Shown piece by piece: positions 14,714 to 23,690 of a DNA stretch of 64,000 nucleotides. Source of the DNA: an uncultured Rhodobacterales bacterium (GTDB lineage: Bacteria > Pseudomonadota > Alphaproteobacteria > Rhodobacterales > Rhodobacteraceae); the NCBI GenBank assembly GCA_964627355.1, contig CAZVIS010000001.1, positions 37,086 to 101,085 of the forward strand, given 5' to 3'. The stretch's first letter is position 1. Every line of letters starts with the position of its first letter. Below the pieces are notes generated by a model. The model did not search any database and was not told the DNA's origin. It saw nothing but the letters and a program-made list of their open reading frames with translations. The position numbers were made by a program, and so were the translations under genes.

Positions 14714-17239
14714 TCATGAACTGAGCAGATCTGCGAGTGCTTGCATTCCACCTTGCCCTCCGCCTGTGGACAAGCGGTTCTCAAAAAACTGCCCGATGAT
14801 AGCGCGCAATGCTGATGTGTCCTCGCGAGCAATCGCTCGTTGAGCTTCCAATACGAGGCGATCATGCAGCGCCTTGTCTACGGCGGCGTACCGTTCCTGT
14901 CCCAGATGAACGACAAGACCGACAAGGAACTCTGGATCGCGGAAAAGAATCCCAAACCGGAGACCGTTCATCTCCTGAAGGGCTCGCTCAGTTGCTTCGA
15001 AGTCCTCGGTGCGCAGTGCTCGATGCGCGGTTCCGGAAAGGCGATCAAAACGATCAATTTCCACCGCCTCAGCTTTGCCACGCAGTTTGTCGAAGGCCGC
15101 CTCTATGCTTTCCAATTCCGCCGAAAGCGTGCGTCCGCGGTGCTCGGGCTTTTGGCGCAATACGGCAATGTCCTGACGAACGCGCCTCGCTTCCTCGGCC
15201 GCAGAACGATGCGTTTCCGCGTCAACGGAAGTCGACAATGCAGCGTGCTGGTCGTCCAGACGTCGGCTTAGCTTTTCCACGGCTTCTTCAGTGGACGGCC
15301 CAAGAACTTCAGCAGCCGCCTCTATAGCTTGCTCGGCCTCAAGGAGGAGGGCATTGGCAAGATCGGCACCCTCTTTTCCGTCGTAGTTCGCGTGGCCAGC
15401 TTCGGGCAGGTACAGGTCGCGCGCTTCAATAACCCGCCCCAGATCGGGTGCCTCCACCGCCAGAACCAGGAGATGGTTGTCCTCGATACGCCACCTGAGA
15501 TTAAGCATCTCACCACGCCGGATACGCTCCCCTGGATCAAGATGGCGCTGCGCATCAAGGCGGAAGTCACCCACGGAAAGCGAGAATTCCGGGTCGTCGA
15601 TCTCGTCGGTCTTCTGAAAGAGCTCGACCTTGATGTGTCCAGCCTCGCCGCCACGCAGGTCTCGTGCAACGCGGACGGGAGTGACCCCTTCTGCCGGTAG
15701 CGCCGTACCCTTCTCAACCAGAATCTCAAGGCCGTTGCGTTCCTGGCCAACTTGACCCTTCTGGACTTTGACGGCCAAAGTGTAGGTCATGGGAATGCTT
15801 CCGGACATCGCACCCAAGCGCTCGATGGTGATCTCACGACTGGCTGAGGGTAGGCGCAGCCCCGATGGATCAGTGACCTCCACAACAAACGTGTTCGCTC
15901 CCATGCGTGGAAGCCGAAGGTCAAATTTCATGCCGCCGATAAGAGGGGCCTTTCCAAACGTCACGCCATCGCGGCCAGTCACTTCAACTACGTAGCCTGG
16001 TGGAGTAGATGCCGACGTCTTGATGGTAAGCCTTGTGGTCTCGTCAGCAGCAGTGGCTGCATAGTCATATGAAACCTCGATCTCTCCGCTCGTCTTCTCG
16101 CTCCGGCGCACCGTCTTCCCCCGAGCGCCTGCGTCCGACCACTCTCTGGTTGCAGCGAATATCGAGGCTCCTGTTGCGACCGCCGTCATGGGATCGAGTC
16201 CATGCTGTACGTCTATTCCGAGTTCGCGCGGAACCGTATCCCGGATGAGGGGCATCTTCGATGGGCCACCGATCAGAACAACTCGCTCCACGTCGTCCGG
16301 ACCAAGCCCGCTGCTGCGGAGGATCTTGCGGCAGAGGTCAATGGATTCGGAGACCTTTTCTTCGACGAGTTCTTCAACATCAGCCCGCGTAAGGTCGACC
16401 GAAAGGAAGATGTCCGCGCCACTGGCGTCAGTTACGCGCGCTTCTTCGTCCCCCGCGTGTATTGTCGTAGTGTCCATCGTGGACAGGTCGATCCGCGCCT
16501 TTTCAACCGCGTGCCGAGCAATGCCAAGGAGCCTCTTGTAGCGAGGATCCTTGTGAAAATCTGCCGGAATGTCGAAGTTCTCCTCCAGCCAGGGGCGGAC
16601 ATGGCTATCCAAAATCCGTCGGTCGAAATCACGACCGCCGAGCATGTTGATCCCCTCGTGGGCGAGAACGGTGACGCTTCCCTTTATGCTCTGCACCAAT
16701 GCCAGATCGAATGTGCCGCCACCGATGTCATAGACGAGGAACACGCCATTCGGGGTCTTGCTACCCGCCACCGATGCCATGGCCGCCGCGACGGGCTCTT
16801 GAACGAGCGTTACGTGGTCCAGTCCGGCCATCCGGGCCGCCCTGATCGTCGCTTCACTCTGCATTTGATTGAAGGCAGCAGGAATGGTGACGACTGTTCC
16901 TTCGAGTTGGAATTCGCCGGCTTCCATGCGCGCCTGCCCGACCAATGTGCGCAAAATCTCGGCGCTACACTCCTCCGGCGTCCAATCGACGCCCGCCCCA
17001 TCGAAGTGAATCGGGCTGTTTGTTCCCATCAGCCTCTTGAACCCGTGTGCTGTGTTCTCTGGAGACGTGAAGATTCTGGAATAGGCGCCGTTGCCCACAA
17101 AACGGTGATTCCGCTTGTCGAGGTAGATCACGCTCGGCAGCACGTCCGTCCCGTCAGCGGTCTTGAACAGCCGCGTGGTTCCGTCAGCATGACCAACCAC
17201 CACAGAGTTCGAAGTGCCAAGATCGATTCCCAGATGCAT
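14714..17239 (-). CDS. Non-canonical Hsp70/DnaK-like ATPase (841 aa) with a long helical C-terminal extension
   Basis: Phosphate-1 is LGIDLGTSNSVV, phosphate-2 is VYDIGGGTFDLALV and the adenosine motif is VVLIGGPSKMPLIRD. About 300 extra C-terminal residues follow. The ATG shares one base with the upstream stop (TGATG). Confidence 0.9.
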   Translation of the reverse strand: MHLGIDLGTSNSVVVGHADGTTRLFKTADGTDVLPSVIYLDKRNHRFVGNGAYSRIFTSPENTAHGFKRLMGTNSPIHFDGAGVDWTPEECSAEILRTLVGQARMEAGEFQLEGTVVTIPAAFNQMQSEATIRAARMAGLDHVTLVQEPVAAAMASVAGSKTPNGVFLVYDIGGGTFDLALVQSIKGSVTVLAHEGINMLGGRDFDRRILDSHVRPWLEENFDIPADFHKDPRYKRLLGIARHAVEKARIDLSTMDTTTIHAGDEEARVTDASGADIFLSVDLTRADVEELVEEKVSESIDLCRKILRSSGLGPDDVERVVLIGGPSKMPLIRDTVPRELGIDVQHGLDPMTAVATGASIFAATREWSDAGARGKTVRRSEKTSGEIEVSYDYAATAADETTRLTIKTSASTPPGYVVEVTGRDGVTFGKAPLIGGMKFDLRLPRMGANTFVVEVTDPSGLRLPSASREITIERLGAMSGSIPMTYTLAVKVQKGQVGQERNGLEILVEKGTALPAEGVTPVRVARDLRGGEAGHIKVELFQKTDEIDDPEFSLSVGDFRLDAQRHLDPGERIRRGEMLNLRWRIEDNHLLVLAVEAPDLGRVIEARDLYLPEAGHANYDGKEGADLANALLLEAEQAIEAAAEVLGPSTEEAVEKLSRRLDDQHAALSTSVDAETHRSAAEEARRVRQDIAVLRQKPEHRGRTLSAELESIEAAFDKLRGKAEAVEIDRFDRLSGTAHRALRTEDFEATERALQEMNGLRFGILFRDPEFLVGLVVHLGQERYAAVDKALHDRLVLEAQRAIAREDTSALRAIIGQFFENRLSTGGGQGGMQALADLLSS

Positions 17240-17610
17240 CAGGCTTCTCCTTCCAAGCGGCGATCGACGGTAACAGCCCCGAGAGCAACCACGCGCTCCT
17301 GCGCGAGTATTGTGGGTTCATTGGTAAAGGCAACGATCAGCTCATCTTCCGTCGTGAACTCATCGCCGTTCAGAACACGGACCGGCAAGCCCGGGTGAAA
17401 CGGCTGGCCGTCAAACACCGCGACACGCATTCCGGCCTCGGTCAGCACCGACTCAAGTCGCGTGAGCGCGTACCGACTTTGCGCGGCCGCTCTCGCGCCG
17501 AGGTCATCACCCACGTTATCTCGAAGACGATCATAGGCGCGCAGGAGCCGCCAGTATTCCACAGCAAGTCGAGCGAACGAAGATGACAGGTTGGCGGCTG
17601 GTTCGGTCAT
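17239..17610 (-). CDS. GrpE-like protein (putative nucleotide-exchange factor), 123 aa
   Basis: The C-terminal half GMRVAVFDGQPFHPGLPVRVLNGDEFTTEDELIVAFTNEPTILAQERVVALGAVTV follows the GrpE beta-domain pattern (G..v....G..FdP..H.A.........V...GY......R.A.V.V). The ATG at 17610 forms an ATGA overlap with the upstream stop. Confidence 0.55.
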   Translation of the reverse strand: MTEPAANLSSSFARLAVEYWRLLRAYDRLRDNVGDDLGARAAAQSRYALTRLESVLTEAGMRVAVFDGQPFHPGLPVRVLNGDEFTTEDELIVAFTNEPTILAQERVVALGAVTVDRRLEGEA

Positions 17611-19475
17611 TGGTTCAAAAGTTCTCTCTGGGTTTCGATGTCCCACTCGGCATCTGCTGGCAGACGTGGATGATCGCGCTTGAAAGCACGTAGTGCCGCA
17701 ACGGACCTTGCACCGAAGCCGCCATCGACACTCGACCCGTAGTAGCCGAGTTCCTGAAGCCTGCGCTGCACAATACGTGCGTCGTCAGCATTTCGAAGGT
17801 CCAGAAGCCGGGCAGGCGTTTCGATCGTGCCAGTAGAGAATGGTGGATTCGGTGACGTTGGTTGGGGCGACGGGTCTGCAGCAGGTCGCGCCAGCTGTGG
17901 CGCCGCAGTTGACGCTGGAGCTTGGGATCCACGCCATCCTGCAAGAATTGCAGAGGCTTCACGCTGTAGCTTTGCATCTTCTCTCAAGGCTTCTGCCTGT
18001 ACAGGAGCCAGAGCGCCCTCGCGATAAGTGTAGCTTCCGCATCGCGCATTCCAGGTATCGACAAGCTCGTTGAAGCGGTTGACCTCGGTTTCACTGATTT
18101 CGAAGATCATTTCGCGCAAATGATTCAGGCGCGCATCCTGGAAAACGCAATATCGAATCTCTGGAGTTGTGAGGGGTCTGCCAACATAGGGAATCGGAGC
18201 AGTTTCGCCCTGGGAGTTTGCCTCAGTCGTTAGTGAAGGCGACGGGGGTCTTGCGACTAGCGTGGGGCTTGGCGAAGGTGTCCGTGGACTGGGAGCCTCT
18301 GATTGCGAGAACAAAAGCAACCCGCCCACAATGGCAACTACGACCCATATGGCGCCCGGAATGCCCGTCCTTCTTTCCGCTGCTGGGACGCGAGAAGTTG
18401 GTGAGGCGGGAGGCGGGGCACGTGTAACGGGCTCCTGCCGTGCAGCCTGCTGGACTTTGGCAGGTGGAGCCGGTTGAGTCGGAAGGCGCCGGACAATCTC
18501 TTCCAGAGTTTGCACATCATTGCCCAGTTTGGAGGCGATGCTGTCAAGTTCTGGAAACGTCGTGAGGAGCGCGCGTGTTAAGGCCAGCGCTTCCCGGTGT
18601 CGACCCTTTTCATTTGCCAGCCAAAGGCAAAAGTCTCGGATTTCTATGCACAGCCGTCTTGAACGTTCTTCTTCATGCCCTTCGGCCTGCTCAAGCAGCT
18701 GTACAGGCTGATTAATGTCATCCCAAGCAACCAACAGGTTCTGCAGTCGTTCGACCACTTTGGATGCGGTATGTGGAATAACTCTGCATCGGTCCATCTC
18801 GGACATGACCATTTCGCGCACTTCTTCGAGTCGCAGTTCAGAGGCCCTGTCGTATTCGCGCACGATTCGGCGGAGCATTGGCCCCAATGAATTCTGCTTT
18901 ATGGCCGTTTCGACCATTCCGGTCAGCGCAGCGGCCCCTCTAGCGTTCTGAACTTCAATGCTTCCCACAGCCTGACGAGCGTGAGCGTCCTCGAGCTTCT
19001 TCAACGCCTCGTCGAAGTGCTCCCGGTCAGGTCTCGGAATTCCAGCGCGTTGCCTTGAAGTGGCAATCGCTTGGAAAGCCTTGCCCCGGTCAAGTTCTGA
19101 CCATGCTTGGATGAGCACGGACAACGGTGCCGTGCTGCCGGGAAATCGGCCGCAAATATGCGCCGCAGCGTTGGCCTTGGCGAGCGGAGAAGCCTGTCGC
19201 GCGGCGGCCAGAGCTGAATCTTGATCCCCGCGAAGAACATCGTTGGAAAGAGAAATTGCTGCCTCGGAGGAAACATCCGCAAACCAACCCACTTCAGCCT
19301 CAAGACGAAGTCGGGGTGGGATCAGGGTCTGCTGCGCCTTTGCAGCTGTTGCCTCGTCAGAACGACCATCAACCACTGCGTCTTGACCAAGTTCGAATAT
19401 GTCGTCGGCACTGGCATCAAGGGGCGCACCGAGAACGTGAAAGGGGTTGAGCGTCAGATCAAACACCACAGCCAC
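17607..19475 (-). CDS. Membrane-spanning protein: J-domain-like N-terminus (no HPD seen), one TM helix, C-terminal peptidoglycan-binding domain
   Basis: The N-terminus reads LNPFHVLGAPLDASADDIFEL. The TM segment is RRTGIPGAIWVVVAIVGGLLLFS. The C-terminus IVQRRLQELGYYGSSVDGGFGARSVAALRAFKRDH matches the PG_binding_1 pattern. The GTG start is preceded by GGAG. Confidence 0.7.
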   Translation of the reverse strand: MAVVFDLTLNPFHVLGAPLDASADDIFELGQDAVVDGRSDEATAAKAQQTLIPPRLRLEAEVGWFADVSSEAAISLSNDVLRGDQDSALAAARQASPLAKANAAAHICGRFPGSTAPLSVLIQAWSELDRGKAFQAIATSRQRAGIPRPDREHFDEALKKLEDAHARQAVGSIEVQNARGAAALTGMVETAIKQNSLGPMLRRIVREYDRASELRLEEVREMVMSEMDRCRVIPHTASKVVERLQNLLVAWDDINQPVQLLEQAEGHEEERSRRLCIEIRDFCLWLANEKGRHREALALTRALLTTFPELDSIASKLGNDVQTLEEIVRRLPTQPAPPAKVQQAARQEPVTRAPPPASPTSRVPAAERRTGIPGAIWVVVAIVGGLLLFSQSEAPSPRTPSPSPTLVARPPSPSLTTEANSQGETAPIPYVGRPLTTPEIRYCVFQDARLNHLREMIFEISETEVNRFNELVDTWNARCGSYTYREGALAPVQAEALREDAKLQREASAILAGWRGSQAPASTAAPQLARPAADPSPQPTSPNPPFSTGTIETPARLLDLRNADDARIVQRRLQELGYYGSSVDGGFGARSVAALRAFKRDHPRLPADAEWDIETQRELLNQ

Positions 19476-19769
19476 CGATGTTTACTCCAACTTTCACCGA
19501 TTCAAGACGCCAGAACTCATGGCAAGTTTCGGACCCACAGGTACAGTTTCTGCCAAGTACCGCGAAACTTGAACGCCCCATGACCCGACATCCGAAGTCC
19601 TGCCATCGACGCCAGAACCGGATCATGTTGCACCTAGTGGCGTCCGTCAACCGATACGCAGGGCAACGCTAACATGCCGCGTCACTTCCACCGGCCCGTA
19701 CTCGTTTGTTGTGCTGAGCCTTGGTCGAGGGGGCGGTCGCTTTCTGCCGACACTTGCTTCGTCCGGGTT

Positions 19770-20015
19770 TCACCTGCACGTCCGCGCCTGGTCGCGCAGG
19801 ACGGCATAGTCGCTGAGCATCCCGATAAGGACCGTGCCCTCTGGCAAGGTCGCGATCTCGGCTGCGGCTTTGCTCTGTTCGGCCGGACTGTACTCCACGA
19901 CAGGCGGGCAGGGTGCGTGGCCTTCAGAACCTGCCATCGCGCATGCGCTCAGCCAAAGCATCGCGATCAGCGGGGCGACGGCTGGCGGCGTCCAGCATCT
20001 GGCGTTGGATTTCAT
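19770..20015 (-). CDS. Lipoprotein, o-spanin-like
   Basis: It has the lipobox MLWLSAC. It starts inside the preceding gene (overlapped spanin architecture) and lies at the end of the lysis cassette. Confidence 0.55.
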   Translation of the reverse strand: MKSNARCWTPPAVAPLIAMLWLSACAMAGSEGHAPCPPVVEYSPAEQSKAAAEIATLPEGTVLIGMLSDYAVLRDQARTCR

Positions 20016-20175
20016 GGGTCGTCTCCGATGTTGAAAGGCGCTCGGCCAGCCGCCCGGCGCGTTCCCCAGTGCGGCGGAGATTCAGAACGAACAGGGTGAT
20101 GGTGAAGGCCGCCAGCACCCAGCCCATCGCTTTGCGCGCTGGAGAGCTGGCGAGGAGGGTTGGGAGCCAACCCAT
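19924..20175 (-). CDS. N-terminal TM protein, i-spanin-like
   Basis: The TM segment WVLAAFTITLFVL is followed by a charged helical segment. The ATG overlaps the endolysin stop. Confidence 0.5.
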   Translation of the reverse strand: MGWLPTLLASSPARKAMGWVLAAFTITLFVLNLRRTGERAGRLAERLSTSETTHEIQRQMLDAASRRPADRDALAERMRDGRF

Positions 20176-20852
20176 TACCGTTGGCCCCGCTTCCAGTCGT
20201 CGATCCGGGCATGGATGGCGACGGCGATGCCGATCAGCGCCACGGCGATGAACACCCAGCGCAGGGTGTCGAGATAGGGCACAAGGGGCAGGATCGTGGA
20301 TTGGGTTTCCGCCAGGATGTCTTGCGCGACTTCGACACCGGCAGCACCAACGGTTGCGATGCCAGCAGCCCCGCCGCCTTTCAGGGTGCGGCTATCGGCC
20401 AGGACCTCGCGGGCAGGGGCGGCCTCCGGCACGAAGGGCGTGGCGCGCAGGGCGAAGGGTTCGCCCCAGCTGCGCGCTGGCCCGAGGTCGATGTGCATGA
20501 AGCCCGAACGGGGATAGGTGCCGAAGCCCAGAAAGCCCACTGTCCGGGCAGCCTCGGCGAAGGCGGCGGGGTCGTGGTTCGACATGGAGATGTCGAAGGC
20601 TGTACCCAGCATGTGCTTGGAGGCCGGTGCGCCACCGACGGCGCGGTTGTGGCTGGGGCTGCGATAGCCGGAACGGATGATCATCGGCTTGCCGAGGCGG
20701 TTGCGCAGGGATTGCAGCTTGTCCATGGCCTCGGTATTGATCTTGATTGCGCCGGTGCCGCGGCAGGCGATCTCGGCCGGGGAGAAGCTGGGCCAGCGCC
20801 ATTCGCTCTCGGGCACGTCGCGGAAATGTGCATAGGTGGTGGTCGGCATCAT
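20175..20852 (-). CDS. Peptidase M15A-type endolysin with a C-terminal TM anchor
   Basis: IIRSGYRSPSHNRAVGGAPASKHMLGTAFDI...GFMHIDLG shows the H..D...H zinc-peptidase pattern. The C-terminal segment is WVFIAVALIGIAVAI. Confidence 0.75.
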   Translation of the reverse strand: MMPTTTYAHFRDVPESEWRWPSFSPAEIACRGTGAIKINTEAMDKLQSLRNRLGKPMIIRSGYRSPSHNRAVGGAPASKHMLGTAFDISMSNHDPAAFAEAARTVGFLGFGTYPRSGFMHIDLGPARSWGEPFALRATPFVPEAAPAREVLADSRTLKGGGAAGIATVGAAGVEVAQDILAETQSTILPLVPYLDTLRWVFIAVALIGIAVAIHARIDDWKRGQR

Positions 20853-20865
20853 CAGTCTCCAGAAA

Positions 20866-20890
20866 TGCAAAACCCGCCTCTGGGGCGGGT
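20866..20890 (-). terminator. Intrinsic-terminator-like hairpin immediately upstream of the endolysin gene
   Basis: The minus strand reads ACCCGCC-ccaga-GGCGGGT followed by TTTTGCATTT. Confidence 0.45.
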
Positions 20891-20919
20891 CGGGGGACGG
20901 GTTTCGGGTTGGGCGGACT

Positions 20920-21015
20920 TCAGAAGATCAGGAACATCAAGACGCCGCAGGCGAGCGCGACGAGCCAGACGCGGCCCTCGCGACGCAGGATCGCGGTGAG
21001 ATCACGGCTGCGCAT
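20920..21015 (-). CDS. 31-aa hydrophobic peptide (possible holin partner or antiholin)
   Basis: My own translation is MRSRDLTAILRREGRVWLVALACGVLMFLIF. It overlaps the holin 3' end by 14 nt. It is too short for the ORF track. Confidence 0.3.
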   Translation of the reverse strand: MRSRDLTAILRREGRVWLVALACGVLMFLIF

Positions 21016-21367
21016 CGTCGTCCTTCCGCGCGCTGTCGGTCCTGACGGTGTCGGCGCGCCGGGTGCGGAAGATGTCGATGATCATCCCCGAGATCGACAG
21101 GCCGCCGATGCCGACGACGAAGCTCGAGAACCCCGCGCTGTCGCCGTTCGGGGCGAGCTTGCCGATCACCGGCTCGAGGATGGGGGCGACCAGCGGGCCG
21201 AGATAGACGGCGCAGATCGAGCCGACGAGCAGCGACAGTACCCCGTCGCGCCAGTGCTCGCGCAGGGTAACCCAGCGGACGATGCCGCCGAGGGCACCGG
21301 CGAGGGCGGCCTTGCCGGGCTCGGTCCAGAGCCAGCGGAAGGGGTCAAGGTTGTTGGGGTCGGACAT
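21002..21367 (-). CDS. Putative holin (three hydrophobic segments, charged C-terminus)
   Basis: The hydrophobic segments are AALAGALGGIV, GVLSLLVGSICAVYLGPLVAPIL and FSSFVVGIGGLSISGMIIDIF. The tail is RTRRADTVRTDSARKDDD. The gene lies just upstream of the endolysin. Confidence 0.6.
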   Translation of the reverse strand: MSDPNNLDPFRWLWTEPGKAALAGALGGIVRWVTLREHWRDGVLSLLVGSICAVYLGPLVAPILEPVIGKLAPNGDSAGFSSFVVGIGGLSISGMIIDIFRTRRADTVRTDSARKDDDAQP

Positions 21368-21423
21368 GGCGGCTCCTTATGCAGGGTTGTTGTAGGTTCA
21401 GACGGACCGCGACGCAGGGCCGC

Positions 21424-22284
21424 TCAGAACGTCCAGGCGATCAGGACGAAGCCGTTGCCGCCTCGGCCGCCGCTCCCGCCAGTCAGCCCGCCCCCGCCGC
21501 CACCCCCGCCGCAGCCGGGACCGCCATTGCCGCCCCGGCCGCCCGCTCCGGCATCGGAGGACCCGCCGCCGGACCCGCTGCAGAACGTCGGCGGCGTCCA
21601 CAATTCGAAGCCCGCGTTGCCGTCCGCCCCTGCAAGACCCCCGGCGATCGTGGGACAAAGCCCGGAACCGGTGATGGCCCCTCCGGCAAAGGCCGCAGCA
21701 GTGACCCCGGCCCCTCCCGCCCCGCCCAGCAGATATGTGCCATTAACGGCGAAGGTCTGGGTGACCCCAACGGCACCGGTATGAACCCCGCCCGCGACGC
21801 CGATGCCGCCTATCGTGTAGGTCGCCGGTCCGAGCGCGCCGTAGAGGGGAGTCTGTGCGGCGGAGATTGCAGCCCCGCCTGCGCCTGCGGTCCCGGCCGC
21901 TGTGGCCGATCCATTGCCGCCGACCGCACCGCCATTGGCGCGCAGGAGCATGGTTTGTGGAGCGGGGGCCGCCGACAGGCCCACGAAGCTGTCGCCGCCC
22001 GCACCTGCACCACCTTGTCCGGCCTGGATGAATAGCGCCTTCGGCAGCAGCGCGCAGGGCACGACCAGCCGCGCAAAACCACCGCCGCCGCCACCACCGC
22101 CGCCGCCCCGGGCGGCGGCCGCTGCCGCCGAGAAGCCGGAGCCCCCGGCACCACCCGCCGCTGCTGCAATGATGTGCAGCAGGACTGCACCATCGGGCAT
22201 GACGAAGGGGATCGCCTGACCGCCGTTCGGCCCGAAGAGGCGCATCGGCCCGGCTTCGCGTGGCAGGGGATAGGGGAAGGCCAT
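21424..22284 (-). CDS. Glycine-rich phage tail-fibre-region protein
   Basis: ORF track. It has non-repetitive N- and C-terminal ends (MAFPYPLPREAG... and ...GNGFVLIAWTF) and is abutted by neighbouring genes on the same strand. Confidence 0.5.
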   Translation of the reverse strand: MAFPYPLPREAGPMRLFGPNGGQAIPFVMPDGAVLLHIIAAAAGGAGGSGFSAAAAAARGGGGGGGGGGFARLVVPCALLPKALFIQAGQGGAGAGGDSFVGLSAAPAPQTMLLRANGGAVGGNGSATAAGTAGAGGAAISAAQTPLYGALGPATYTIGGIGVAGGVHTGAVGVTQTFAVNGTYLLGGAGGAGVTAAAFAGGAITGSGLCPTIAGGLAGADGNAGFELWTPPTFCSGSGGGSSDAGAGGRGGNGGPGCGGGGGGGGLTGGSGGRGGNGFVLIAWTF

Positions 22285-22694
22285 CAGTAGGCTCCCCCAT
22301 GTGCTGAGACCGCGTAGCCGCCCGCGACCGCCGTGCCCAGCGCCACCATGATCCGGTAGCCGGGGGGGATCGGCAGATTGAACCCGATCTCTGGGGCGGC
22401 AAGTGCCGCGACCTCGCTGTTCGTCGTCGCGGGCAGGGATAACTCGGCGATCAGGCAGTTGTTGGCCGCGGTCGTGTTGGCGAGCCCGTTGTTCAGGAAG
22501 ACGCGCAGCACCGAGGCGACGTTCGTCCCGCGCGGTCGGGCGATCACCCGCTGCAGATAGCCGCCGTTTGTGGCATCGGCGGTGAAGACCGTCTCCAGCG
22601 TGCCGGTGCCGTCCTTGGCGGTGTTGGCGGCGGTGAGGCCGTTGATCCAGGCGGCCACCGGCTCGCGGGAGAAGATCGGGGTGGGATTGCCCAT
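22284..22694 (-). CDS. 136-aa phage hypothetical protein (tail-fibre region)
   Basis: ORF track. Its stop overlaps the downstream start. Confidence 0.5.
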   Translation of the reverse strand: MGNPTPIFSREPVAAWINGLTAANTAKDGTGTLETVFTADATNGGYLQRVIARPRGTNVASVLRVFLNNGLANTTAANNCLIAELSLPATTNSEVAALAAPEIGFNLPIPPGYRIMVALGTAVAGGYAVSAHGGAY

Positions 22695-22709
22695 CGATGG
22701 GTCCTTTCT

Positions 22710-23681
22710 CTAGAGGAAACAGGTCTGGCGCATCGCCAGCGCGAAGCCGGTCTTCACGGCGTCATCGAGCCGCCAGTCGGTGCCGCCGCCCGACACGGTG
22801 ATGTCGCCCTTGTCGCCGTCGGCAACGCCGCCGCCGCCCGCGCCGACCAGATCGATGGTCGATCCGGCCTGCCGCCCGCGGAACTTGCCCAAGGTGCTGT
22901 TGTACCAAAGATCACCATCGGCAGGGGCCGGGAGGTCAGCTGCGGCGGGGTTCAGCTGCAGCGCCAGATCGGCGCGCAGCTTGCCGGTCGACCGGATCGC
23001 GGTCAGGGCGTTGAAGAAGCTCGACCCGTCCGGGCTGACCTTCAGCGTGAAGTCGTCCGACCCGCCCGTGCCAAAGATCGCTCGAGTGCTGAACCCGGTC
23101 TGGAACACCAGCAGCGCATCGGCCGCAGCGCTGTTCTTGTTGATCGTCATCTGCATCGAGGTGCCTGCATTGTTCAGCAGCACCGCGGGCGTGTTGATCG
23201 ACACGCGGTTGGTGGCATCCGGCACCGCACCGCCGATGCCGATCCGGTTGACCTGTACATTGGCCGCCGGATCGATGGTCCAGATGGCACCACCGCCGCT
23301 GACGATGATGGCGCCCTTGTCGCCGTCGGTGACGCCGCCGCCCGTTGCGACCGCCCAAGATGTGCCGATCCAGACGTAAAGTGCCCCGTCGGCAGCACTC
23401 CACGCGATCCAGCCGATGCGTGGCACGAGGCGCATCCAGGCGCCATCGGTCCAGAAGGCGACGTTCTGATCCCAGCCCGTCCAGAGGCCGGTGGCCCCGC
23501 TCGCCACGATATGGCGATCACCCTCGACCGGCGCGCCGGGCGGGACGGTCAGCACCCGGCTGATCACGCCGATCTGCACCATCCCGTCCAGGAGACGGAG
23601 CGCGTCATTGTGGGTGACATGCTTCTGGGCCTGCGCCGCCAGGATGTTCGGCAGCGCGAGGTTTGCGGTCGGGTTCGGCAT
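22710..23681 (-). CDS. DUF2793-like tail fibre protein
   Basis: The N-terminus TANLALPNILAAQAQKHVTHNDALRLLDG is as I remember for DUF2793 proteins, which follow RcGTA g15-type genes. Confidence 0.6.
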   Translation of the reverse strand: MPNPTANLALPNILAAQAQKHVTHNDALRLLDGMVQIGVISRVLTVPPGAPVEGDRHIVASGATGLWTGWDQNVAFWTDGAWMRLVPRIGWIAWSAADGALYVWIGTSWAVATGGGVTDGDKGAIIVSGGGAIWTIDPAANVQVNRIGIGGAVPDATNRVSINTPAVLLNNAGTSMQMTINKNSAAADALLVFQTGFSTRAIFGTGGSDDFTLKVSPDGSSFFNALTAIRSTGKLRADLALQLNPAAADLPAPADGDLWYNSTLGKFRGRQAGSTIDLVGAGGGGVADGDKGDITVSGGGTDWRLDDAVKTGFALAMRQTCFL

Positions 23682-23690
23682 GGGAGGCCT

